Below are positions 26,071 to 37,952 of a stretch of DNA of 64,000 nt, in pieces. This DNA is from Tubiluchus corallicola. Its lineage: Eukaryota > Animalia > Priapulida. Numbering within the stretch: the stretch's first letter is position 1; each line of letters opens with the position of its first letter. The position numbers were made by a program, and so were the translations under genes. The notes below the pieces were generated by a model, which saw only the letters and a program-made list of their open reading frames with translations, had not been told where the DNA came from and searched no databases. Location of the stretch: NCBI GenBank assembly GCA_030141605.1, contig JAQGDQ010001079.1, positions 787 through 64,786 on the forward strand, in the 5' to 3' direction.

Positions 26071-26494
26071 GTGACTTTCGAATTCGAATCGAACTGAACT
26101 TCAATGTTTCGAATTTTCGAACAAGTTTTCGAACCACCAGTAAAAATTAGTCTTACAAAGATCATGTGTATCACTAGATTTTGTTCTGCAATAAAACGAC
26201 TAGTAATTTGTTTAAAATTGTGCACAGAAATCACTGCTAAATTACGCTAATTGCATGTTGTTTCAATCGTTTTAGTGATCAGGAACATATGTGATTGAAG
26301 TGCTGAATTATTCGAATCTATAGTTTTGGATTCGAATCGAGTTCGAACTAAAAAAAACTCGTTTGAATCGAATTCGAGCGTTCGATGCTCACCCCTACTG
26401 TTCAGTCTCTAGAAATCCAAATATGCTCTGACTCTGACATTGTGATTCATGAATCTATTATTCGTGGACAGTCTATAGTCGCCATGCCAGACAA

Positions 26495-27065
26495 CTAAAC
26501 TCCTTCCACCTGCGTTGTCTAAGACGACTCCTCAAGATCAGCTGGCAGGACTTTATACCAGACACTGAAGTCCTCGAGAGAGCACAATCCATCAGTGTCC
26601 ATGCAATGCTTAAGGCAGCACAACTGAAATGGGCTGGCCACGTTCGACGTATGGAAGATCACAGACTGCCATGGAGATTCATGTACTGCGAGCTGCAAGA
26701 AGGGAAACGGTCAGTGGGAGGGCAATGGAAAAGATACAAAGACACCCTCAAAGCCAGCCTGAAAGAATGCAACATCAATGTCGACTCCTGGGAAGATGTG
26801 CCACAGGAGAGATCTCGTTGGTGGTCCCTCATCAAATGGTGTACCTTGATAGGCATTGCGTTCTCTGTCTTTTCGAAGGCAGAGAAGACAGAGCTTCGAA
26901 AAGACAGAGAACGCAATGCCTATCAAGGTACACCATTCTCATGTCCTCATTGCAGGAGGAGGTTCTCAGCAAGAATCGGGCTTATAAGCCACCTCCGTAC
27001 CCATCCTATGATATTAGAATGAAGTCATAGTCCTCCTCGACTATGAAGGACAAACAACAACAACA
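26495..27065 (+). mobile_element. RTE-clade LINE 3' fragment
   Basis: QLKWAGHVRRMEDHRLP...GGQWKRYKDTLKASLK...CPHCRRRFSARIGLISHLRTH; 3' end GAAGGACAAACAACAACAACA. Confidence 0.9.
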
Positions 27066-27470
27066 TTGTTTGTGTTTTGTACTTCACACTAAGGGCATGT
27101 TTACACTAAGGGCGTGTTCACACTAAAGTTTTCTTACACGAGTTTTCTGTCTAACTACAGTACAATGTTTAGGAGTAACTTGCAACAACTCGAGGTAACT
27201 CGCAGCAACTTTTGAACACCCTTGCAAGCTACTGCGTGATTACTTTGCGAGAGCAAGCAAGTAAAGTAATTCACAAAAGTGTTAAGCTTGCAAAGGCTAT
27301 TTTCTATTCACTTTACAATATCAAACTGTCAGAAGTAAGCAGGAATAGTATTGCGGATACATCAACAAAGAACATTATTTTTTGCAGAACGTCATGCTAC
27401 CGACTTTGTACTGCACTAATGTAATTATTATACTCGAAATTATATATTTATATAATCCTCATTTGTTTAA

Positions 27471-27873
27471 CCCTTTCAGTCCCAAATTATTTTTCTAATA
27501 AGAAAAAAATTTTTGGCTTGGTACTTTTGTTCAGTATGTCCGTCTTGTTTACACATAATAATTTTTTTTCTACCTGTGCCCGCGTGCTAATTATAGCCTG
27601 TATCCCACGGGATACATTGGGATTCAATGGAAGCATAGAATGTGCTTCATTTTGCAACTGTTGATAATTTTTTAAAGTATTTAAGACATTTAGTATGCAT
27701 GCTATGCTGATCTGTACAAAGTCGTCTCTAAAGTACTGTACCTTGTGCAGTTTTTTATGCTATGTAGATTTTCTAGTTTGCCATTTTATCACCATTTTTA
27801 GTCTATTGTTTCTGGCTTAAATCAAAATAAGTATTAACAGATCAAATAACTGTCAGTTTTAACATTTTATTAA
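27471..27873 (-). mobile_element. piggyBac-like MITE, one end truncated
   Basis: TTAA-CCCTTTCAGTCCC; homologous to 47510-47966. Confidence 0.8.
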
Positions 27874-29395
27874 TGAGCACATACGTAATAAAATGATTAC
27901 AAATTAGGTGCTGTTCTATTCAAAAGAATCTCGGCTATCCAACCATGTTATTTGTTTAAATATTTGTAAGTGATTTAATTGGATAAAATTAAGAAGATCA
28001 CGCCATTTTCAGGCGCTCCATGTTAGCTTATTGAGTAGCTTAGTCTGGTGTGCACTTACGTGACTGTACACGCTATTTTATTGATCGCCTGTTTGCTACA
28101 GCCCAAGCTGTGCTATATTCTGCTGCTATTCCACAAAAAGCCTCTGATCTGTTAGGAACAAGTAGAGGTCGTTTCATCTTTTAACAGAAATTATTCCTTA
28201 AAAAGTAAATTAGACTAGAGGTCCAAGTGTATCAGAGTGTTGTGTCGGGATAGTTGATTTTTTTTACATTAGCCAATTTCGCACAATTGTTGCAGTACAA
28301 ACACCGCAGTTACGCAAAGCCAGTTACCTTTTGTCAAAAATTGATTTTTAATTTGTTTGAGGTAAGCAAATGCATTTTATATAAAATTTTCCATAAATGT
28401 CCACTGTGTGAGGAGTAAAAACTTATAAAAATGATCAAATGTAACGTAATTGCCGCTCAGTGAGAGCAGCTTTTCATGGACCAATGCAAAATGTAGCAAA
28501 TCCTTACAGTTCCGAAGGAGTTAATAGGGTAAGGCGCCAGAAGGTTTTTTTTGCCCACTCGTCGGCACAAGTGGTTGCTTGCCATTGCATTGATGTTCCC
28601 CAACTGGTGTAAACAGCAATGAAAAGATGTCTGAGTTGGCGACCTCATCAATTAGCCTTCCCATATATGTGTAATCAAAGTTTTTATCACTGCAGACAAC
28701 TATTTTATAGTCGCCATATCTAATGTATCTGGAAAAAATTCCTCGGCTGTAGTCCAGTTCAGGTGGCTTGATGGAAGAGCAGTTTGTGCATTTGCACTTC
28801 TGCTGTTACATGAAAGTCATAACAAAAAGTTGAAGTTGAATTTTGACTAGCTGACTGTCCATCGCACTTTTATTAAGAAAACGTGAATGTCTTGTAAAAA
28901 GGTAAAAGAAAATCGTGAAAATCTTAACAGCTCTCTTAATTGCAGTTCGTGCTAGTTAGCTGTGGAAACGTTCATAAACAGGTATGGTTTGTTACTATGG
29001 TATGGTATCACAAACGCATGACGTCACTGACATATCCGGGGCCGGCTCTGGGTAGTTTGACGCCCTAAACAAAAGTATTTTAGCGCCGCCCTCAGCGGTC
29101 AACTCTTTCCCGACGGTCCTCCTCACACCTCCAAAATAGAATTTTTCTTGTATAATATTATAATAAACCATAATGGTACATACATGTTAGGCTTATACAG
29201 TACTAATTAAGTTTAGTCAATCACTTATCTACAGCTACTGTTAACTGAATTTGAAATGAAATTTATGCCATTGCACGTCCTGCGTTTCCAGGACCAATCA
29301 AATTTCTGCAATTTCTTATATTCTTGTCTTAATTTTCCTCAAATTTTCACCAGAAAATGTTTGAAATTATCTCCTCTTTTTTCACTTATACATCC

Positions 29396-29818
29396 TGTGG
29401 AAGTTGGAATTGTACATTGTAATTAAGTGCTGCCATCTATGTGCTAATCGTGTTACATTCTACCAGCTGACTTACCTTCAGTATAATTGTATGTTCCAGT
29501 GACTACATACACACTGGTCCTCTCCCTATCTAAAATGAATGGTTGTTGTGAAGCCTGTGCAAGTCTGCATAGGTCAAGTTCTATACCAGTATACTGACTG
29601 TGAAACAGGTTTTACTGACTGTTTTTGCTTTCTAGTTTTTGCTCAATGTTCAGTGCAGCAGTTTTGTTACTCATGTTTTCTGTAGTTCAATAAACACTTT
29701 TCTGTTGTGTGCAGTGCAAATATTTATTATAAATTTTTGGTTCCTATCCATACTTCTCTGTGCCTAAACTCAATCACAGCAAAGAGACTGAGCAACAACT
29801 TCAAAAATGACTTTCACA
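29396..29818 (+). mobile_element. Solo LTR
   Basis: TGTGGAAGT...ACTTTCACA; perfect TSD CATCC; internal AATAAA. Confidence 0.88.
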
Positions 29819-30596
29819 CATCCATTTTACTATCTTCACCACTTCACAACCATAACTCTGGTCTGTTTGCATATAGTTCATTAGCGAATCATTTTGCTGT
29901 TTATTGTCGCCACTGGTCCGCTTTTTTACCTTTACTGTTTCGTGTATTCCGCTCTCGAAGACTTTGAGTCTTATAGTTTTATCTGCCATAATTAGATAAA
30001 TGCTATTGTAAGAAATTTTACTTTAGCAGAAAGGTTATTGCTGTAAGCATAACTCATTTTATGTGTATAAAACGAGCTTAGTTTTATATATTGTATTGTA
30101 TGTTAGTATATACATGTAGTATTATACTATATAATATAATATGTTGTAATATAATATGCTATATTAAAGTTACCCGGTCAGACAATAAATGTTGTTTTAT
30201 TGACATGTGTCGTTTTATATAGTGGCAATACTTTCTGTGACGCTGAATTTTCTATGTTGTGTGTTACTCTCTGCAATACAGACAACAATTGATACTATTT
30301 TTAGGATGGCACTTAGCAAGCACACTATTTTATCTATTATGATACACATAACATAATGAAATATGCATTAACCTCGATAAGTGCTGTTACCTTGTTTATT
30401 TACCTTTGTTTGCAATAAAAAGTGTTTGTCCTGTCCAATAGACTAGGCATTGCATGATTGGTGTTTTTAGTAGAGTAACGCTAGATATACAGAAGTGATT
30501 AGTAAAAAGTGACACTATATTCGAGTCCAATTGAATAGGCTGAAGATAAGTTATCATCAGTTTAAATAACACTGTACTCGTCTTGTGCCCATTACA

Positions 30597-31550
30597 ATGG
30601 AGAGTTCTTTTGGAAATGTAACATCTACGAACAGTTTCTATTCTCTTGTTGCAGACACAATTGTAAATGTATTCTCATTTGTTTTGGGTGTTGGCGCAAT
30701 CTTCGCAAACTCTGTAGTGATAGCCACTATTGCTAGATCGCATGTTCTACATACGCAGCTGTATTATATTTTATGCAATTTGGCCATTTGTGATTTGGTC
30801 ATTGGAATCTATATAGTAGCACATTCTGCTATGTACTCACTCGGCATTGTTCACTCGGAAGCAGTTAATGTCACGTTTTGTGGTATTTGGTCCCTGTTTT
30901 CTTACGGTACTTTAGCATCGTCTATCATGTTTTATTTCTTTGCTACTGTGGAGAGATACGTCAGTATCATTCATCCGTTTCGCTATCACGTGTTGATGTC
31001 TGAACGTAGAGTGAAATACGCCATTCTGGCAATATGGCTTTTCTTAGTCTTGTCGTTTATTAGCTATTACTTGCTATACTCTACCACGACTGTCGAATTC
31101 ATTTATAAATGCCTCCCTGAACCTCGCGGCGTGGCTGTCAGTGTTGTGGCGTATACTATAATCATTGTAGGTGTGGCACTAGTTTGTCTGCACCAATATG
31201 TGTACATAAAAATCATAAAAACGGCAGTAAGACAGATGAGAGAAATACAGAATACATTTCATCTAACTAATTCCACATCTGAAGGAACATCACGTCTTCG
31301 GACTAAACTCAAGTATGCTAAAGCTCTTGGCTTGACTGTGGGTTTATTCTGTGTGTGCTATGCACCAATGATGATAGCTTCTGCTGTATTTTTCTTGTCT
31401 GGCGAATCGGTTGTTATTAACAGGTCAACACTGCTTCTGTTCTTTCTCCCAGCATATGTCAATTCGATTACCAATGTTTTTGTTTACACAGCAAAACTTG
31501 ATGACTTTAGAAACGAGATGAACAAACTAAAATCATGTTTTATTTGTTAG
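30597..31550 (+). CDS. Intronless class A (rhodopsin-family) GPCR, orphan
   Basis: 317 aa from ATG 30597; 7 hydrophobic segments; NLAICD (TM2), ERYVSIIHPFRY (TM3/ICL2), FCVCYAP (TM6), NSITNVFVY (TM7), helix 8 FRNEM. Confidence 0.92.
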   Translation: MESSFGNVTSTNSFYSLVADTIVNVFSFVLGVGAIFANSVVIATIARSHVLHTQLYYILCNLAICDLVIGIYIVAHSAMYSLGIVHSEAVNVTFCGIWSLFSYGTLASSIMFYFFATVERYVSIIHPFRYHVLMSERRVKYAILAIWLFLVLSFISYYLLYSTTTVEFIYKCLPEPRGVAVSVVAYTIIIVGVALVCLHQYVYIKIIKTAVRQMREIQNTFHLTNSTSEGTSRLRTKLKYAKALGLTVGLFCVCYAPMMIASAVFFLSGESVVINRSTLLLFFLPAYVNSITNVFVYTAKLDDFRNEMNKLKSCFIC

Positions 31551-32370
31551 TAGAATTGAAGTGAATTAATTAAAATTTGCTTAATTTGTTAATAGAAATG
31601 TGGAGAATAAATCACGTCTTGTTTAACTTGTTAGTAGAAACGTGGTGAAGAAACTAAAATCATGTTTTATTTGTTAGCAGAACTGAGAGGAATTAAATTA
31701 AAATTTGCTTAATTTGTTAACAGAAATGTGGAGAATAAATCAAATATTGTTTAACTTGTTAGTAGAAACGTGGTGAAGAAACTAAAATCATGTTTTATTT
31801 GTTAGTAGAACTGAGGTGAATTAAATTAAAATTTGCTTAATTTGTTAATAGAAATGTGGAGAATAAATCAAATATTGTTTAACTTGTTAGTAGAAACGTG
31901 GTGAAGAAACTAAAATCATGTTTTATTTGTTAGTAGAATTGAAGTGAATTAATTAAAATTTGCTTAATTTGTTAATAGAAATGTGGAGAATAAATCACGT
32001 CTTGTTTAACTTGTTAGTAGAAACGTGGTGAAGAAACTAAAATCATGTTTTATTTGTTAGTACAACTGAGGTGAATTAAATTAAAATTTGCTTAATTTGT
32101 TAATAGAAATGTGGAGAATAAATCAAATATTGTTTAACTTGTTAATAGAAACGTGGTGAAGAAACTAAAATCTTGCTTTATTGGTTAGCAGAACTGAGGT
32201 GAAGAAAATGAAATCTTGCATTATCGATTACTAGTCATTAGAACTGAACTGAAGAATGGAATTAAATCCTGCCCAATTTGTCAGTAGAAATGGGGTGAAT
32301 AAAACTAAACCTTGCTTAATTTCTTAGTAGAAAATCGTTGAAAATAAGATAAAATCTGGCTTCACATGTT
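31508..32370 (+). repeat. Higher-order minisatellite (127-128-bp units of three 42-43-bp monomers) starting in the last GPCR codons
   Basis: AAACTAAAATC recurs at 31524, 31651, 31779, 31907, 32034, 32162; degenerate monomers continue to ~32370. Confidence 0.9.
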
Positions 32371-33266
32371 TGTGAATAAGGTGGAGTTTTTACGTTTTTA
32401 TATAATTTCTTTATAAGGTATTTCTTACTTGTATTCTGATACCTTAGATTTAACTATGATGATTTTGTAATGATTTTTTGTGCCCTGATCATTGCATTGT
32501 CATTGATGTACTGATTAATTGTGTTGACTTAATTTCTAGCACCGACAATGACGTTTGTCGAAATGGTCATCTGCACTCCATAGATGACATGCTGATTCAT
32601 CTAAACGTTGAGTATTAGTTCCTAAAATAATTACCAGACTGCAGTGCTTTAGAAGAGCTCACTTTGTTAAAGCAGTTCCTTTGTAATCTCTCAATACCTT
32701 TGAGATACTTAGTTTAAGCTTAAATTACAGTTTCATCTAGATGAACTGCCGACTAACCCTATCCCAAAAAGCATCTGGTGTTATCTGGCATTTACTTGCT
32801 ACTAATAGTGGTTATTGTGAATACAAATGCATTGCATTCTGAATAACCTGTGAAACCTGTGAAACGTATGAAAAGAAGATGCATTAGGCCACTAACAAAA
32901 TAGGTTATTTGTGTAAGTAATTAATAAATTGGGTTATTTGTACAGGCCATTAATATATTAGGTTATGTTTGTTGCATTTGCTTGTCAGCTTTCTAGCTTT
33001 TTGTGTTACCATAGAAACTGTGTACATTTGTTGTTAGCTGTGTGCATACCACAGCGTGTTTGACAACATTAACCGTTAATTTTTGAGCATTGCCTTATCG
33101 TTATGTCTAAATTTTCTCTTAGCTATGGGTGTTAAGCTTGGTCAAAATAATATCACAGTTACGATAGTGTGAATCTCTTCATTTATTATAATTAATTAAA
33201 GTTTTATTCGTATAAAGACTTTTATTCGTATGATAAATATTATCAACTAATTATCTTTTTTGTACT

Positions 33267-34216
33267 ATGATGGAAAACATTTTTGAAAACATATCTTGGG
33301 ACATCGGTACTGAGGCCACAGTGCAACACCCAGTGGTTGTGACGTCATTGTTTTTGTTGGCATTTGCCATTGTGCTAGCAAACTTTGTCGTGATTTTTAC
33401 CATTGTTAGATCGCATAGTCTACATGCGCCACTGTACCGTGTTTTATGCAACTTGGCTTATTGTGATATGTTTATGGGAATATTCGTATTTGTATATAAC
33501 ATACTTAATATAACTGGTTGGAAGATAGCAAATTCCGTAGCATTTTGCTGTATATGGTTTAATTGTATGGACATCGTCCTTGGTTCATGTGTTCTATTTT
33601 ATTGTTTTGCTACAACGGAGAGATATATTAGTATAGTCTACCCACTTCGTTATCATGAATTAATGACCGATCCTAAAGTTAAACTAACTACAGTAGCATT
33701 ATGGAGTCTTGCGTGTACAGTTACTATTGCATACTGTTTTATATACTATTTTACGGTGGAAATTTCATACATGTGCATCCCTCTGACGCATGGGGGAGTG
33801 ACTGCTAGCATAATGGCATACTCAACATGCTTCATTTTTCCAACCGTGATGTTTGGCTTGTTGTATTTGGATGTGAAAATAGTGAAAATAGCTGTAAGAC
33901 AGAAGAGGGAAATGAGAATTCATCATCTCAACGAGCATCATCAGATCTTTCAACAAAAATCAAGTTTGCAAAAACTCTTGCATTGACCGTTGGCATTTTT
34001 TGCTTGTGCTACACCCCTTTCATGCTAGCCACTGCAGCAATGTTTCTCTTCGGAGAGTCCATCTTTGTTAATAAGAACACATATTACTATTTCTTAATTC
34101 CAAATTATTTCAATTCACTAGCCAATGTGTTTTTGTATTCAGCAAGACTAGAAGATTTTAGACGTGAAATGAAGAAAATATTTATGCCTCTAGGAACATG
34201 CAGCCAGTGTAGGTAA
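33267..34216 (+). pseudogene. Second class A GPCR paralogue with a frameshift in ICL3 (~33915)
   Basis: TM1-5 in ORF 33267-33986 (NLAYCD, ERYISIVYPLRY); TM6-7 in ORF 33827-34216 (FCLCYTP, NSLANVFLY, FRREM); collinear with the first GPCR. Confidence 0.82.
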
Positions 34217-34580
34217 AGTGAGGAATAGTTCCAGTGTTGCTAACATGCAGCCAGTGCAGGTAACGTGAAATATAGTTCCTGTGTTGGTAACATGTAGCCA
34301 GTGTCGGTAACGAGAAGTATAATTCCAGTGTTGGTAACATGGAGCCAATGTAGGTAACACAAAGTATAGTTCCAGTGTTGGTAACACGTAGCCAGTGTAG
34401 GTAACGTGAAATATAGTTCCTGTGTTGGTAACATGCAGCCAGTGCAGGTAATGCAAAATATAGTTCTAGTTTTGGTAACATGTAGCCAGTGTAGGTAACG
34501 CAAAATACAGTTCCAGTGTTGGTAACATGTAGCTCATGCAGATAACGTGAAATCCGAGGTTGGTAAAAAGTAGCCAGAAC
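34195..34580 (+). repeat. 47-bp minisatellite (~8 copies) overlapping the GPCR2 stop codon
   Basis: Unit AACATGYAGCCAGTGYAGGTAACGTGAAATATAGTTCCWGTGTTGGT; stray monomer at ~34800-34845. Confidence 0.9.
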
Positions 34581-35012
34581 TAAAATACATTTCTAGTGCT
34601 GTCACTTTACTATTTATACCTTTTCACCAAAAAATATATTATGCAATTGCTTAGCTAGCCAATAACTGTCTGCCTAAACTTGAGGTTTTTATTGATAAAT
34701 GTCTTATTAAAAACTCCTGAAACTGTAAAAGCCATTTAAAATTTATGACTACTTGTTCTATGATTGCATGAATAGAAGGAAGGGAATGGTTATGTATTAC
34801 AGTTCAGTGTTGGTAACATGTAGCTAATGTAGGTATCGTGAAATGTACGATGTTGTTGGAATGTGGTGTCTCAATAAAATCACACGGAATATTGATTTTG
34901 TTATTAATATGAATTTTACCTAGTATGATCAATTCTTTGATTTTTAAATTCCTGCTAGACATCGAGTTTTGAGCTGCTTAGGTCCAACCTTTGGGAGAAG
35001 TATCATGAGAGG

Positions 35013-35336
<324 letters not shown>

Positions 35337-36325
35337 TGAGAGGTGAAGCTGACCTGAACTTAAGTAATATAAAAATACACCTATAACATCTATTCAGTCA
35401 CGTACATTGTGTACGATTGACTGGCATGCTGCCTCCGTTACGCTGTATACATTTCTTATGTGCAATGTATTTTTACTTTCTATGCCTCCGTTCTTAATTG
35501 GTAAATGAAGATTTTATTTATCTATCTGTTGTATTTGGAAATGTTCTAAGATGCAGCTAACATCTTGAAATTGCCAAGGATATATCAAACCGGAAAACGT
35601 TACTTATACAAATGTTTTGTGTGCACTAAGGATATTAGTAAAACATTGAACAGCAAGCCACAGCTTAGCAATAGGTTGCCATGGTGTGTTGCCGTTGCCA
35701 TGACAGCCTGCTATGTACATTGTCCTGCTGTAGCTTCTAACAACGAAATGCATTGGTAAAGTTTGGGTTGCTAGGCTGACAGATTGGGTTTTTTTGTTCG
35801 CCATCTAAGAGTGAGTTAAAAAATGTCACACGCATGTAATTGCACCATTTATAGTCCAATGATTTGCGATTCCTGACATATTGTCTCTGTTTGGTCGCTC
35901 CTGCTGTACTTTTCCAGTTCTGGAACGTATCTCACCTCTTTTATATTACTTCTAAGGAAATTTTGGTTTCATTTAACGATGTTTCGCTTAACGTCGGGTT
36001 TTGCAGGAATGCATTAGAGTCATTAAGCGAGGAGTTACTGCACTCACATGCAGTGTTCTGCAAAAGACTAGCCACGCTCACTCACAACTGTGAATAAACA
36101 CGATTTATGATTTATTGGATACGAAATACAAGCAACTACAATGAAACGACACATCAGAAAAAAGACCAAATGTGCTACAGACCTAATGGATTAAAATCAA
36201 TCAAACAAGCAAAATAATAACTATTTTTGTCTATTTTTAACAACTATTTCAGATACTTAGAGAATTTGCCCCTTTGCAATCGGCGAAATTTTTGCTGCTC
36301 ACAGATGGAGCCACTAACAGAAATA

Positions 36326-36696
36326 AGCCTTTTCACAGTTCCGTTGTGCACATGCACAGTTGCTGTAGGTCAAAGGTTAAGTGTACCACAGCAACGCACC
36401 TTAACTACAACCGTGAGGTGAGATGTGGGTAAAGTAAGGCCGTCAGCCACATCACTTTAGTAATTCAGTTGTTTAACGTGGCATTTACTTAATTATGTAT
36501 TAGTGTGTCCGTAGAGTAATTTGCTTAGGAACAAGAAAAGATGAACTAGGTAAGGTTCTGGCTACCTAATAAAACTGTTACTATTACAGCAGCTTGGGAT
36601 GCGAGGTGTTGTCAAGTGTAAACAAGACATTGCGTGATACACTTAGCCTGTGACCTTTTTACGATCATCATCAATCGCTGGAATGGTGAAAAGGCT
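36326..36696. mobile_element. Unclassified MITE family (AGCCTTTTCAC TIRs)
   Basis: AGCCTTTTCACAGTT...GTGAAAAGGCT; other copies at ~37853-38690 (split by solo LTR), 38696-39081, 58812-58961. Confidence 0.75.
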
Positions 36697-37952
36697 ATTC
36701 TCTGCTCACTTGCGACCCCAGCTTTAAGATAATTTTGCTGCTTTGAGAGAAAGCGCAAATTTTTGCGTTACCTGCTCACTCACCCATTCGATTTCAAAGA
36801 AAAATTTGGAAAAAAATTTGGTTGGATTACGCTTGGCTGCTACAAGGGCGTATTTACCAATTGGCTAACTAAGTTCAGTGTTAAAAGATTCTTAATTTTT
36901 AATACACCACAAGCTGTTACAGAACGAGTTTTAATATAAAAATCATACAGCAATCAAGTGCAATTATTGCATAAAAGATTATACCGCAAGAAGTATTTTT
37001 ATTAGCACTAAGCAAATGTACATGTACCTATCTAGGCCTAATGAACTATACCCACGCAGGAACAATATAATAGTACTACTAATATGCCACAAGTAACTGT
37101 CAGTCTAGGGCAACTTGTCTAGATACGCCCCTAGATTGCTGGAACAGCATCTAGCTGGTTAAAAACGGCAGAGTTTGAAAAAAGTGAATTATACAGTACG
37201 TGGCATGACGAGCGTGCCTTGATAACCCACTATTCTACAACGACAATATGGCTACCACCACAAGAATTCTATACTGTAATGAATTTACATATTTCCACAT
37301 TCAAGCATGCGATGATTTATTATTATTATTATTATCACATTCAGTACAATATAAAGCACACAGTGACATCAAAATTATTACATCTACTATATTAAATTGT
37401 TATGTTTCATACACTATCGTTATCATAAAATAATAATTGTACTGCAGTGGGCTAGAGAAGCAAAGGCTTGTATAAGCCCACTGTAATGTGAACCTGATAA
37501 AAAAATGGATGAGTGAACAAAAAAAGAACTGGGAGAAAGGTTAGATCACACAGGAAGGGTAGAAGGATGTGTTAGTGGAAATGGTAGGAAGAAAGATAAT
37601 AGATTGCGCTATGTTGACATCAGCTCTAAAGATTTATCAATGATGCCTTGTTTTGCATAATCTGTACCACGATTGGTATAATAATCTGTACCAGGATGAT
37701 AGGATATAAATTAGAACAATTTAAAAGAAATCGTACCAACAAGACACTGACTTCTAACATTGACTACAAACGATCATTAATTGATAACTAATCACCATAA
37801 AATGACACAAACAAGAGACCAATTCAGTAACCGAGTTAGCTAAACGCCAATGAACCCTTTTGTAGTTTCGTTGTGCGCACGCGCAGTTGCTGCAGGTCAA
37901 AGGTTAATTGTACCAAAGCAACGTGCCTTAACTACAAATGTCACATGCATGT

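Larger units (their letters stand above)
20477..26397 (+). mobile_element. 5.9-kb hAT-type composite/Pack element enclosing the fucosyltransferase gene
   Basis: Perfect 13-bp TIR TAGGGGTGAGCAT (20477-20489) / ATGCTCACCCCTA (26385-26397); identical 8-bp TSD CTGTTCAG at 20469-20476 and 26398-26405; MITE halves at 20477-20724 and 26065-26397. Confidence 0.8.

Noticed and set aside
26071-26234. N-terminal part of the 201-aa RT ORF
   Set aside because: It is antisense hAT-MITE sequence fused by chance to the truncated LINE.
30585-30596. GTG start for GPCR1
   Set aside because: Eukaryotic gene; the in-frame ATG at 30597 has good context (ACAATGG).
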